From contig NZ_CP030918.1 of assembly GCF_003324675.1 (NCBI RefSeq), positions 1,800,001 to 1,832,000 of the forward strand: a stretch of DNA of 32,000 bases, in the 5' to 3' direction. The translations under genes were made by a program, and so were the position numbers. This DNA is from Paracoccus suum. Its GTDB lineage: Bacteria > Pseudomonadota > Alphaproteobacteria > Rhodobacterales > Rhodobacteraceae. Shown here one piece after another: positions 21,439 to 28,589 of the stretch. The stretch's first letter is position 1, and each line of letters opens with the position of its first letter. Under the pieces are notes generated by a model. It made no database searches. It saw nothing but the letters and a program-made list of their open reading frames with translations, and was not told where the DNA came from.

Positions 21439-22422
21439 ATGACTTCTGCAACGATCCTCGGTGGCATCAGCGGGCCGGTGCTGACCGCGGATGAGCGTGC
21501 CTTCTTCCGCGACAGCGACCCTTGGGGCTTTATCCTTTTCGCGCGCAATGTTGAGGCGCCCGACCAGTTGCGTCGCCTGACGGGCGATCTGCGCGATGCG
21601 GTGGGGCGCGACGCGCTGATCATGACCGATCAGGAGGGCGGGCGCGTCCAGCGCCTGCGCGGCCCGCACTGGAGCGACTGGACGCCTCCGCTGCGCGCCG
21701 CGACGGCCGGGCCGCGCGCCACCTACCTGCGTTATCGCCTTATCGGGGCAGAGCTTGCAGCGGTTGGGATCGACGGTGACTGTGCCCCGACCCTCGATCT
21801 GCTTTGCGACGAAACGCACGCCTTCCTGCGCGACCGTTGCTTTGGCGATGATCCGTCCATTGTCGCAAAGCACGGCCGGGCCTGCGCCGACGGGCTGCTG
21901 GCCGCTGGCGTTCTGCCCTGTATCAAGCATCTGCCCGGCCATGGCCGCGCCACCGCCGACACGCATCACGATCTGCCCGTGGTCGATGCAGACCTCGCCG
22001 ATCTGCGGGTGGGGGATTTTGCCCCGTTCCGGGCACTGGCCGACCTGCCGATTGCCATGACCTCGCACATCATCTTTACCGCGATTGACCCGCGTCAGCC
22101 GGCAACCACCTCGGCCGCAGTCGTCGCCGCGATCCGCGAGGACATCGGCTTCGGCGGCCTGCTGACCAGCGACGATATCACCATGCAGGCGCTGCCCGGC
22201 ACCCATGCCGAGCGCACCGCCGCCGCGATCGCCGCCGGCTGCGACGTGGTCATGCATTGCAACGGCGATATTGCCGCAATGATCCCGGTGGTTGCCGCCG
22301 CGGGCGCCATGAGCGCCGAGGCCCAGCAGCGAGCCGACCGCGCACTCGACCGTCGGCAACTGGCGGACAATGCCGATCTTGCCGCCCTGCGCGGCGAACT
22401 CGACAGCCTCGGTCACGGCTGA
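21439..22422 (+). CDS. nagZ: beta-N-acetylhexosaminidase (GH3, peptidoglycan recycling)
   Basis: GFILFARNV...IMTDQEGGRVQRL...CIKHLPGHGRATADTHHDLP...LLTSDDITMQAL. Confidence 0.88.
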   Translation: MTSATILGGISGPVLTADERAFFRDSDPWGFILFARNVEAPDQLRRLTGDLRDAVGRDALIMTDQEGGRVQRLRGPHWSDWTPPLRAATAGPRATYLRYRLIGAELAAVGIDGDCAPTLDLLCDETHAFLRDRCFGDDPSIVAKHGRACADGLLAAGVLPCIKHLPGHGRATADTHHDLPVVDADLADLRVGDFAPFRALADLPIAMTSHIIFTAIDPRQPATTSAAVVAAIREDIGFGGLLTSDDITMQALPGTHAERTAAAIAAGCDVVMHCNGDIAAMIPVVAAAGAMSAEAQQRADRALDRRQLADNADLAALRGELDSLGHG

Positions 22423-22492
22423 GGCGGCTGCGTCGCGCTTGCGGCGGGGGCCTCGCTGTGGTCCTGTCGCGCCCTCAGTGAGGGCGACGGAA

Positions 22493-24217
22493 ATGAGCCA
22501 GATGACCAGCGGGGCCGAACGCGCGGCGCGGATGCAGGCGCTGCTGCGCACGCCAAAGTCGTTCGACAATACCATCCACCTGTCGCCCGACCTCGGGTTC
22601 ATGTTCTTTTCCAACCCGATCGTCGCCTGCAGCACGCTCAAGGCGACGCTTAATCAGGCGACGGCCCGCGCGCTGGGCCTGCCCGCGCCAGAGTTGCGCC
22701 TCGACGCGATCCATGACCGCGCCGCCAACCCACTGCAGCGCCCCAGCGACATCGGCCTGCCCCGCTTTGCCGAGATGCTGGAGGATCCAGCGGTGCGTAA
22801 GATCGCGTTTATCCGCGACCCCTTGCGCCGGTTCATGTCCTGCTTTGGCAAGAAACTGTCGAAAGAAAACCGGATTACCGAGCGTGTTCGGGCTCAGATG
22901 AAGGTTCCAGAGCGCATCCCCCTGCGCGATTTCCTGACGCCGGACAGCTTTGCCACCGCACTCGAGTCCGATCCCAAGTTGCTGAACATGAACGATCACT
23001 GGCGCCCGCAACGCCTGCAGGTGTTCTACGACCTGGTGCCCGACCTTCAGATCGGCCGGGTCGAGACGCTGAAGGCGGACGTCGAGCGCATGCTGACGCC
23101 GATCTTTGGCGCGGGTGGATACGAGCTGATCGACGTCCCGGCGCTGTTTCCGCAAAACAGCTCGCGTCAGCGTGCCGGCGGGGTGCCGGCTCTGTCCGAG
23201 GATGGACTGGCGACCGTGCGCCGGGTCTACAGCGGCGATTTCGACATGCTGGCCGAGGTCGAGGCGCGTGCGCCGGCCGCGCCCGTAATGCCTGCCTCTA
23301 CGCCGGTCCGGACGCAGCCCGACCCGGCGCGGCCCGAACTGATCGTGCATGTCGGAATGCCTGGCAACGGGGGCGCCCTCATCGCGGCGAGCCTCGCGGC
23401 CGCTGATCTTGAGGCAGACCACGCGCTCGACCTTGGGCCCTCGCCCCTGCTGGCACGGGGCAAGCCGCTTGAGGCGGCACTGGACCAATCTCCCGCGCAG
23501 CTGACCAAACTCGGCGCCGGCTGGGCGGCAAAGCTGGCGTCGCAGGCGCAGGCGCCCGGCGCGCTGCGGCTGATCCTGTCGAATGACCGGCTGTGCCGCC
23601 ACCCTCAGGCGATGGCGCGGCTGCTGGAACCCTTGGCCGAGCGCTTTGACTTGAGGGTCGTGATCTTTGCCCGCGATCCGCATGCCTGGCTGGCTGCCAA
23701 CGCTATTGGCGCGCCGCACCCCGGCGCGCTGGACCAACTGGTACAGCGCTATGGCGATCTGCCGGTCTGGCAGGATTTGCTGCCGGGCGCGGTCGAGATT
23801 CACACCTGCCGTGGTGATACCGACATGGTCGCCCTCGCGGCGGCCGTCTTTGGCGTCACTCTGCCGCCCGTGCCAGAGGTCGCCGATCCGGAATCGGCCA
23901 TTGTTGCGGCGCTGCTGCCGGACGAGGGCGATCTGCCCAGCCTGCCGCAGATCATGCAGTCCATCCCCAGTCGTGCCCAGATCGAGGCCGCAATCGCCGC
24001 TCGGGTCGGCATATTTGACGCCATCGCTGAGCAGGGCGGCCCCGACCTGCTCGCCCTGGCGGAACCCCCCCCGCCAGCGCCCCGGATCGAGGCGGTGCGC
24101 GCCCGCCTGCTCGACGCATTGGCCGCCCGCACTGCGGCGCAATCGGCGCGGATCGCGGCACTCGAGCAGCGCCTCGCCGCGCTCGATCCAGCTGCGCCCC
24201 GCCGGCGGAAAACTTGA
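22493..24217 (+). CDS. two-domain sulfotransferase-like protein (574 aa) with C-terminal coiled coil
   Basis: The N-terminal half has family-2 sulfotransferase motifs: FMFFSNPIVACSTLKATL (PKVAC-type loop but with Ile in place of Lys), IAFIRDPLRRFMSCF, NDHWRPQ. The C-terminal half has a second loop-like pattern, ELIVHVGMPGNGGALIAASL, and VVIFARDPHAWLAANA. It ends in the heptad-like RARLLDALAARTAAQSARIAALEQRLAAL. ATG 22493 was chosen within track ORF 22370..24217. Confidence 0.6.
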   Translation: MSQMTSGAERAARMQALLRTPKSFDNTIHLSPDLGFMFFSNPIVACSTLKATLNQATARALGLPAPELRLDAIHDRAANPLQRPSDIGLPRFAEMLEDPAVRKIAFIRDPLRRFMSCFGKKLSKENRITERVRAQMKVPERIPLRDFLTPDSFATALESDPKLLNMNDHWRPQRLQVFYDLVPDLQIGRVETLKADVERMLTPIFGAGGYELIDVPALFPQNSSRQRAGGVPALSEDGLATVRRVYSGDFDMLAEVEARAPAAPVMPASTPVRTQPDPARPELIVHVGMPGNGGALIAASLAAADLEADHALDLGPSPLLARGKPLEAALDQSPAQLTKLGAGWAAKLASQAQAPGALRLILSNDRLCRHPQAMARLLEPLAERFDLRVVIFARDPHAWLAANAIGAPHPGALDQLVQRYGDLPVWQDLLPGAVEIHTCRGDTDMVALAAAVFGVTLPPVPEVADPESAIVAALLPDEGDLPSLPQIMQSIPSRAQIEAAIAARVGIFDAIAEQGGPDLLALAEPPPPAPRIEAVRARLLDALAARTAAQSARIAALEQRLAALDPAAPRRRKT

Positions 24218-24272
24218 CGCAGCGCCGGCGGTCGGGACAGGCTGCCTTCAGCCGACTGCAAAAGGACGGACC

Positions 24273-25073
24273 GTGGCCAGTCGCCCGCCGCATCTGAATC
24301 TTGTCCCCGACAGTCCGCCCGTCCCGGCGGTTGAGCGGGACGAGTCGCTGATTGTCGATCTGGACGGTTTCGAGGGGCCGCTGGACCTGCTGCTGTCGCT
24401 GGCGCGCGCGCAGAGGGTCGATCTGATGACCATTTCCGTCCTGTCGCTGGTCGAGCAATACCTTGCCGCCATCGACCGCGCCCGCAGCCTGCGGATCGAA
24501 CTTGCGGCTGACTGGCTGGTGATGGCCGCGTGGCTGGCCTACCTCAAATCCCGTCTGCTGCTGCCCCCGGACCCAGAGGCAGAGGGCCCGGATGCCGAGA
24601 GCCTCGCTGCGCATCTGGCTTGGCGGCTGGAACGTCTGGATGCGATGCGGCGCGCGGCGGCCGGGCTGATGGCCCGCGACCGGCTGGGGCAGGACCGCTT
24701 TTCCCGCGGCGCCCCTGAGGCCATCGCCCGCTCCCGTACCATCCGCTGGCAGGCCGGCCTGATGGACCTGATGGCGGCATATGCGCGTCTGCGGACCCAT
24801 GACGAATTCCGTCCCTTTGCCTTTGACCGGGCCGGCATCTGGACCATGGAGCAGGCGCTGGACCGGCTGCGCCACCTCGTCGGCTTTGCACCCGACTGGA
24901 CCGATCTTTCGCAGTTCCTGCCCGAGGGCTGGTCGGAGGACCCGGCGCGCCGGCGCAGCGCCACCGCGGCGACCTTTGCGGCCAGCCTGGAATTGGCGCG
25001 CCAAGGCCGGATCGAGTTGCGCCAGGAGGGCGGCAGCTTCGCGCCGATCAGCCTGCGGCGGCCGCGCCGATGA
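24273..25073 (+). CDS. scpA: segregation and condensation protein A
   Basis: LIVDLDGFEGPLDLLLSLARAQRVDLMTISVLSLVEQYL...ADWLVMAAWLAYLKSRLLLP are canonical ScpA motifs. GTG 24273 is preceded by AAGGA. The upstream 200 codons of track ORF 23667..25073 overlap the previous gene out of frame and are not protein-like. Confidence 0.85.
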   Translation: MASRPPHLNLVPDSPPVPAVERDESLIVDLDGFEGPLDLLLSLARAQRVDLMTISVLSLVEQYLAAIDRARSLRIELAADWLVMAAWLAYLKSRLLLPPDPEAEGPDAESLAAHLAWRLERLDAMRRAAAGLMARDRLGQDRFSRGAPEAIARSRTIRWQAGLMDLMAAYARLRTHDEFRPFAFDRAGIWTMEQALDRLRHLVGFAPDWTDLSQFLPEGWSEDPARRRSATAATFAASLELARQGRIELRQEGGSFAPISLRRPRR

Positions 25074-25729
25074 GTGAGGCAAACGACGCCCCGACTTTCG
25101 CGCCCCTGCCGCTGGAGGAGCAGGAGCGGATGGTCGAGGCGATGCTGTTTGCTGCAAGTGACCCGCTGCGGATCGCCGATCTGGCCCAGCGTATGCCCGC
25201 AGGCAGCGATCCGGGCGAAGCTGTGGCCCGGCTACGGCGACGCTATGAAGGGCGCGGCGTGACGCTCGAGCGTGTGGGTGATGCCTTCGCCTTTCGCACG
25301 GCGCCGGATCTCGGGTTTCTGATGCAGGACAGCCGGGTCGAGTCGCGCCGTCTCAGCCGCGCGGCGATCGAGACGCTGGCCATCGTCGCCTATCACCAGC
25401 CTGTCACCCGCACCGAGATCGAGGAATTGCGCGGCGTCGCGGTCGCGCGCGGTACGCTCGACCAGTTGATCGAGACGGGCTGGATTCGTCTTGGGCGCAG
25501 GCGGATGTCGCCCGGTCGCCCGGTGACCTTCGTCGTGACCGAGGCTTTCCTGGACCACTTTGGCCTTGAAAGCGCGGCCGATCTGCCGGGCCTGTCCGAA
25601 CTGCGCGCCGCCGGCCTGCTGGACGCGCGTCCGGCGCCAGACGGCCTTGCAGTCAAGCCGGTTGATCCCGACATGGATGACGGTGATGATACCGATGGCC
25701 CACCCGGCGATCTGTTCGGCGAGGCCTGA
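25070..25729 (+). CDS. scpB: segregation and condensation protein B
   Basis: VEAMLFAASDPL...AFAFRTAPD...RLSRAAIETLAIVAYHQPVTRTEIEELRGV...GRPVTFVVTEAFLDHFGL. ATGA start/stop overlap with scpA. Confidence 0.88.
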   Translation: MSEANDAPTFAPLPLEEQERMVEAMLFAASDPLRIADLAQRMPAGSDPGEAVARLRRRYEGRGVTLERVGDAFAFRTAPDLGFLMQDSRVESRRLSRAAIETLAIVAYHQPVTRTEIEELRGVAVARGTLDQLIETGWIRLGRRRMSPGRPVTFVVTEAFLDHFGLESAADLPGLSELRAAGLLDARPAPDGLAVKPVDPDMDDGDDTDGPPGDLFGEA

Positions 25730-25748
25730 TCCTGCAGAAGGACAGCAA

Positions 25749-25946
25749 ATGAACCCGCTGGAAATGATCTTTCGCATGGCGCTGCGGCGCCTGATCGGCA
25801 TGGGGATGCGCAAGGCGACCAATGCCTATGCCCGGCGCACGGCGGATTCGACCTCCGGCGGGCCCAAGACCGCCGTCGGACGCAAGCAGATGAACCAGGC
25901 GCGCCGCGCTGCAAGGCTGGCGACGCGGGTCGGCCGGCGCTTCTGA
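25749..25946 (+). CDS. small arginine-rich hypothetical protein (65 aa)
   Basis: MNPLEMIFRMALRRLIGMGMRKATNAYARRTADSTSGGPKTAVGRKQMNQARRAARLATRVGRRF has 13 Arg and 3 Lys against 2 acidic residues. GAAGGA lies 8 nt upstream of the ATG, and third-codon positions are mostly G/C as in neighbouring genes. I recognise no family. Confidence 0.4.
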   Translation: MNPLEMIFRMALRRLIGMGMRKATNAYARRTADSTSGGPKTAVGRKQMNQARRAARLATRVGRRF

Positions 25947-25948
25947 CG

Positions 25949-27028
25949 TCAGTTGTCGCGAAACTGCTTGGCCAGCTTCAGCCCCTGGCCCTGGTAGTTT
26001 GACGCGATGTCCGTGCCGTAGAGGCGGTCCGGCGGGGCGGCCATACGCTCGTAGACCAGGCGGCCGACGACCTGCCCGTGCTCCAGCGCAAAGGGCGCCT
26101 CGTGGCAACGCACCTCAAGCACACCGCGCGCGCCATGACCTGCGGTGCCAAGGCCAAAGCCGGGGTCGAAAAAGCCGGCGTAATGCACCCGGAATTCGCC
26201 CACCAGGGCCAGATAGGGTGACATCTCGGCGGCGTGGTCCGCCGGTATCGTCACCGCCTCGCGACTGACGAGGATATAGAATGCACCCGGATCGAGGATC
26301 AGTCGGCCATTCTCGGCCTGCAACGGGTCCCAGAAATCGCGCGCCCGGTAAGCGCTGATCCGCTCGAGGTCGATCACCCCGGCATGCGGGCGGGCACGCC
26401 AACCCACAAGGCCACCGGGACCGGGCGTCAGGTCGACCGAAAAGCCAAGTCCGGCGTCGATCAGTGGCGCGCCATCGACCAGCGGCTGGCGCGTATGCAG
26501 CGCACGCAGGTCGCCATCCGTCAGCCGCGCATCGCCGGCCTTCAGTCGCAACTGGTTCAGGCGCATTCCCGGGCGCACCAGAACGGAAAAGCTGCGCGGG
26601 CAGATCTCGGCATACAGCGGGCCGTCATAGCCGGGGGCCAGGCGATCAAACTCGGTCCCGCCGTCCGCGACCAGGCGGGTCAACAGATCGAGCCTTCCGG
26701 TCGAGGATTTTGCGTTCGCGACCCCCTCAAGCCCTTCGGGCAGGCGCGCCCGCTCCAGCAGCGGCACCAGATAGACGCAGCCCTTTTCCAGCACCGCGCC
26801 GTCGGTGAGGTCCATGCGGTGCATCTGGAAGTCCGGCAGCCGGTCGTCGACCCGCCGGCCCTGTCCGGCGAGGAACGAGGCCCGCAGGCGGATCGCCCAG
26901 GTGCCTAGGCGCAGATCTAGGCTGGCAGGCTGGACCTGATCAGGGTCGATGGGGCGCGATGCGCTCAACCCGCCATCCGCGATCAGCGCGCGCAGGGCGC
27001 GATCAGGCAGAACGCCGTTGCCTTGCAT
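25949..27028 (-). CDS. dcd: 2'-deoxycytidine 5'-triphosphate deaminase (long, about 360-aa form)
   Basis: MQGNGVLPDRALRALIADGGL...QVQPASLDLRLG...GFFDPGFG...LEVRCHEAPFALEHGQVVGRLVYERM. ATG 27028 was chosen; the track ORF extends to 27076 across a hairpin. Confidence 0.85.
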   Translation of the reverse strand: MQGNGVLPDRALRALIADGGLSASRPIDPDQVQPASLDLRLGTWAIRLRASFLAGQGRRVDDRLPDFQMHRMDLTDGAVLEKGCVYLVPLLERARLPEGLEGVANAKSSTGRLDLLTRLVADGGTEFDRLAPGYDGPLYAEICPRSFSVLVRPGMRLNQLRLKAGDARLTDGDLRALHTRQPLVDGAPLIDAGLGFSVDLTPGPGGLVGWRARPHAGVIDLERISAYRARDFWDPLQAENGRLILDPGAFYILVSREAVTIPADHAAEMSPYLALVGEFRVHYAGFFDPGFGLGTAGHGARGVLEVRCHEAPFALEHGQVVGRLVYERMAAPPDRLYGTDIASNYQGQGLKLAKQFRDN

Positions 27029-27060
27029 GCCTGTCACGCCGTGAACCCCCAGGATATGCG

Positions 27061-27095
27061 AACGCCCACCCCGCATGGGGTGGGCGTTTCGTTTT
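27061..27095 (+). terminator. 12-bp perfect hairpin with T-tract only in plus sense, lying between the tRNA-Pro 3' end and the dcd start
   Basis: aacgcccacccc gcat ggggtgggcgtt followed by tcgtttt. In minus sense (the sense of both neighbouring genes) the hairpin is followed by CGCATATCC, with no U-tract. Confidence 0.45.
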
Positions 27096-27172
27096 GGTCG
27101 GGCCGGAGAGATTCGAACTCTCGGCCTTCCGCCCCCCAGACGGACGCGCTAACCAGACTGCGCCACGGCCCG
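27095..27172 (-). tRNA. tRNA-Pro (anticodon GGG), CCA encoded
   Basis: The reverse complement folds by hand as a cloverleaf. Acceptor CGGGCCG/CGGCCCG; D-arm GCGC-AGTCTGGTTA-GCGC; anticodon arm TCCGT-CTGGGGG-GCGGA (positions 34-36 = GGG); variable AGGCC; T-arm GAGAG-TTCGAAT-CTCTC; discriminator A; CCA. Total 78 nt. Confidence 0.9.
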
Positions 27173-27181
27173 ACGCCGGCC

Positions 27182-27210
27182 ATATAGATGGGATCGGCAG
27201 GGCTGCACAA
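27182..27210 (-). promoter_or_regulatory. candidate sigma-70-type promoter for tRNA-Pro
   Basis: The minus-sense sequence reads TTGTGC (27210..27205), a 17-nt spacer, then CTATAT (27187..27182). The -10 element ends 9 nt before the mature tRNA 5' end. This is pattern matching only. Confidence 0.3.
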
Positions 27211-27292
27211 GGGGCGATGCGGGGTTTATGCCCCTGATCGCGGGGCCATTCGGGATGGGGCGAAAGGCCCGCGCAGGCCCGCCTGTTTGCGT

Positions 27293-27835
27293 TCAGGCGG
27301 CCTTCAGGCGCGCGCGCAACTGCTGCGCCAGATCCGTCAACGCAGCCCGGTGCCTAGCCGCATTCGGAAGTCGCCGCAGGCCATCATGCGCTGCCGCAAA
27401 ACGCTCCGAGAGGACGGCCTTGGGTGGCTTTGCCTGCGGAAAGAGAGGTAGATCGGTCGCCTCACGGCGCGGCGACTTGGCCGGGCCATCGGCACTGCGC
27501 TGCTTGGCCGGCGCGGGCTTGCGGCTTGATTGGGTGGGCGCCGCGGCCAGCAGTTCGGCCAGGCGATCCGCCCCGCGGGCGCGAAGGGCGGCCCCCTTGT
27601 CGTCGGCCATCAGCCGGGTCGCGCCTCGGGCAGTCATACCCTCGTCGCGCATGACGACGCAAAGGCCCGCCGCCAGACGCACGTCGTCCGGTCGGTAATA
27701 CCGCCGCCCATCGGCGCGCTTGACCGGCGACAACTGCGGGAACTGCGCTTCCCAATAGCGCAGCACATGGGGTGCGACGCCAATCAGCCTCGCAACCTCG
27801 CCGATCGATCGGAAAGCTTCGGCCGACTTGACCAT
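27293..27835 (-). CDS. MerR-family transcriptional regulator with atypical basic/Pro-rich C-terminal region
   Basis: [45 protein letters not shown] is a MerR HTH. Its start overlaps the ihfA stop (TGATG). Confidence 0.8.
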   Translation of the reverse strand: MVKSAEAFRSIGEVARLIGVAPHVLRYWEAQFPQLSPVKRADGRRYYRPDDVRLAAGLCVVMRDEGMTARGATRLMADDKGAALRARGADRLAELLAAAPTQSSRKPAPAKQRSADGPAKSPRREATDLPLFPQAKPPKAVLSERFAAAHDGLRRLPNAARHRAALTDLAQQLRARLKAA

Positions 27836-28137
27836 CAGCGGCGGTTCCCGTCGGCGACGCGGTCCTTCATCAGATGCGAAGGGCGAAAGCTGAGGACACG
27901 GCGCGGGGTGATCGGGACCTCCTCGCCAGTCTTGGGGTTGCGACCCATGCGCTCGTTCTTTTCACGCACGGAAAAAGTCCCGAACGAGGAAATCTTGACC
28001 TGCTCGCCACGCACCAACGCGTCCGAGACATGGGTCAGCACGCTCTCGACCAACTGCGCAGATTCCTGTCGCGACAGTCCAATTTCTCGGAAAACTGCCT
28101 CGGACAGATCCATGCGGGTCAATGTTTTCTCACTCAT
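27835..28137 (-). CDS. ihfA: integration host factor subunit alpha
   Basis: [87 protein letters not shown]. Confidence 0.92.
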   Translation of the reverse strand: MSEKTLTRMDLSEAVFREIGLSRQESAQLVESVLTHVSDALVRGEQVKISSFGTFSVREKNERMGRNPKTGEEVPITPRRVLSFRPSHLMKDRVADGNRR

Positions 28138-28292
28138 CGGTCAACCTTCTGGCGTCGCAGATTGCGGGCTGAAATATTCTCTGTCAACGGCCGGGCACCC
28201 ATAGCGTTCCCGCTTTTCCCGGCTTTTGCCCGCATTGCCCGGCGCTTGGCGTTGCGATGGCTGCTCCGAATGCCCACATTGAGGGCCTGATA

Positions 28293-28586
28293 ATGACGCA
28301 GGACAGCAAAGCCATGGCAGGCGGTTGGGCGCAAGACGGCGCAGTAAACGAGCAGATCGAGGTCAGCACGCGCGAGGCCATCGAACGGATGCGGCGCCAG
28401 CGTCCGGGCGAGGGACGCCCCAGCCGCGAGACCTGTGCGGAGTGTGACGAGCCGATCCCCGAGGCGCGTCGGGCGGCGATCCCGGGGGTTCAGCTGTGCA
28501 TCGAATGCCAGCAAGCAAGTGATAAGACGTGGCGACCAGCGGCCGGGATCAACCGACGCGGCAGCAAGGACAGCCAGCTGCGGTAA
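28293..28586 (+). CDS. DksA/TraR-family C4 zinc-finger protein (97 aa)
   Basis: CAECDEPIPEARRAAIPGVQLCIECQ gives a CxxC-N17-CxxC finger. ATG 28293 is preceded by GAGGG at 7-nt spacing. Confidence 0.7.
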   Translation: MTQDSKAMAGGWAQDGAVNEQIEVSTREAIERMRRQRPGEGRPSRETCAECDEPIPEARRAAIPGVQLCIECQQASDKTWRPAAGINRRGSKDSQLR

Positions 28587-28589
28587 AAG

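Noticed and set aside
23667-24272. A 202-codon N-terminal extension of the scpA ORF (track ORF 23667..25073)
   Set aside because: The extension overlaps the 3' third of the sulfotransferase-like gene in another frame and is Pro/Arg/Ser/Cys-rich nonsense. ScpA homology begins just after GTG 24273, which has an AAGGA ribosome-binding site.
18810-25157. Minus-strand ORFs 18810..19901, 19714..21345 (543 aa), 21379..22641 (420 aa), 22475..24142 (555 aa) and 23952..25157 (401 aa)
   Set aside because: They run antisense to argS, the SPOR gene, nagZ, the sulfotransferase-like gene and scpA. They are extremely Arg/Gly/Pro/Ala-rich and overlap one another, with no start context or motifs.
27061-27292. 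tRNA-Pro as a possible integration site for a genomic island
   Set aside because: There is no integrase, no repeat of the tRNA 3' end, and no compositional shift on either side. The flanking genes (dcd, MerR-like, ihfA) are core genes.
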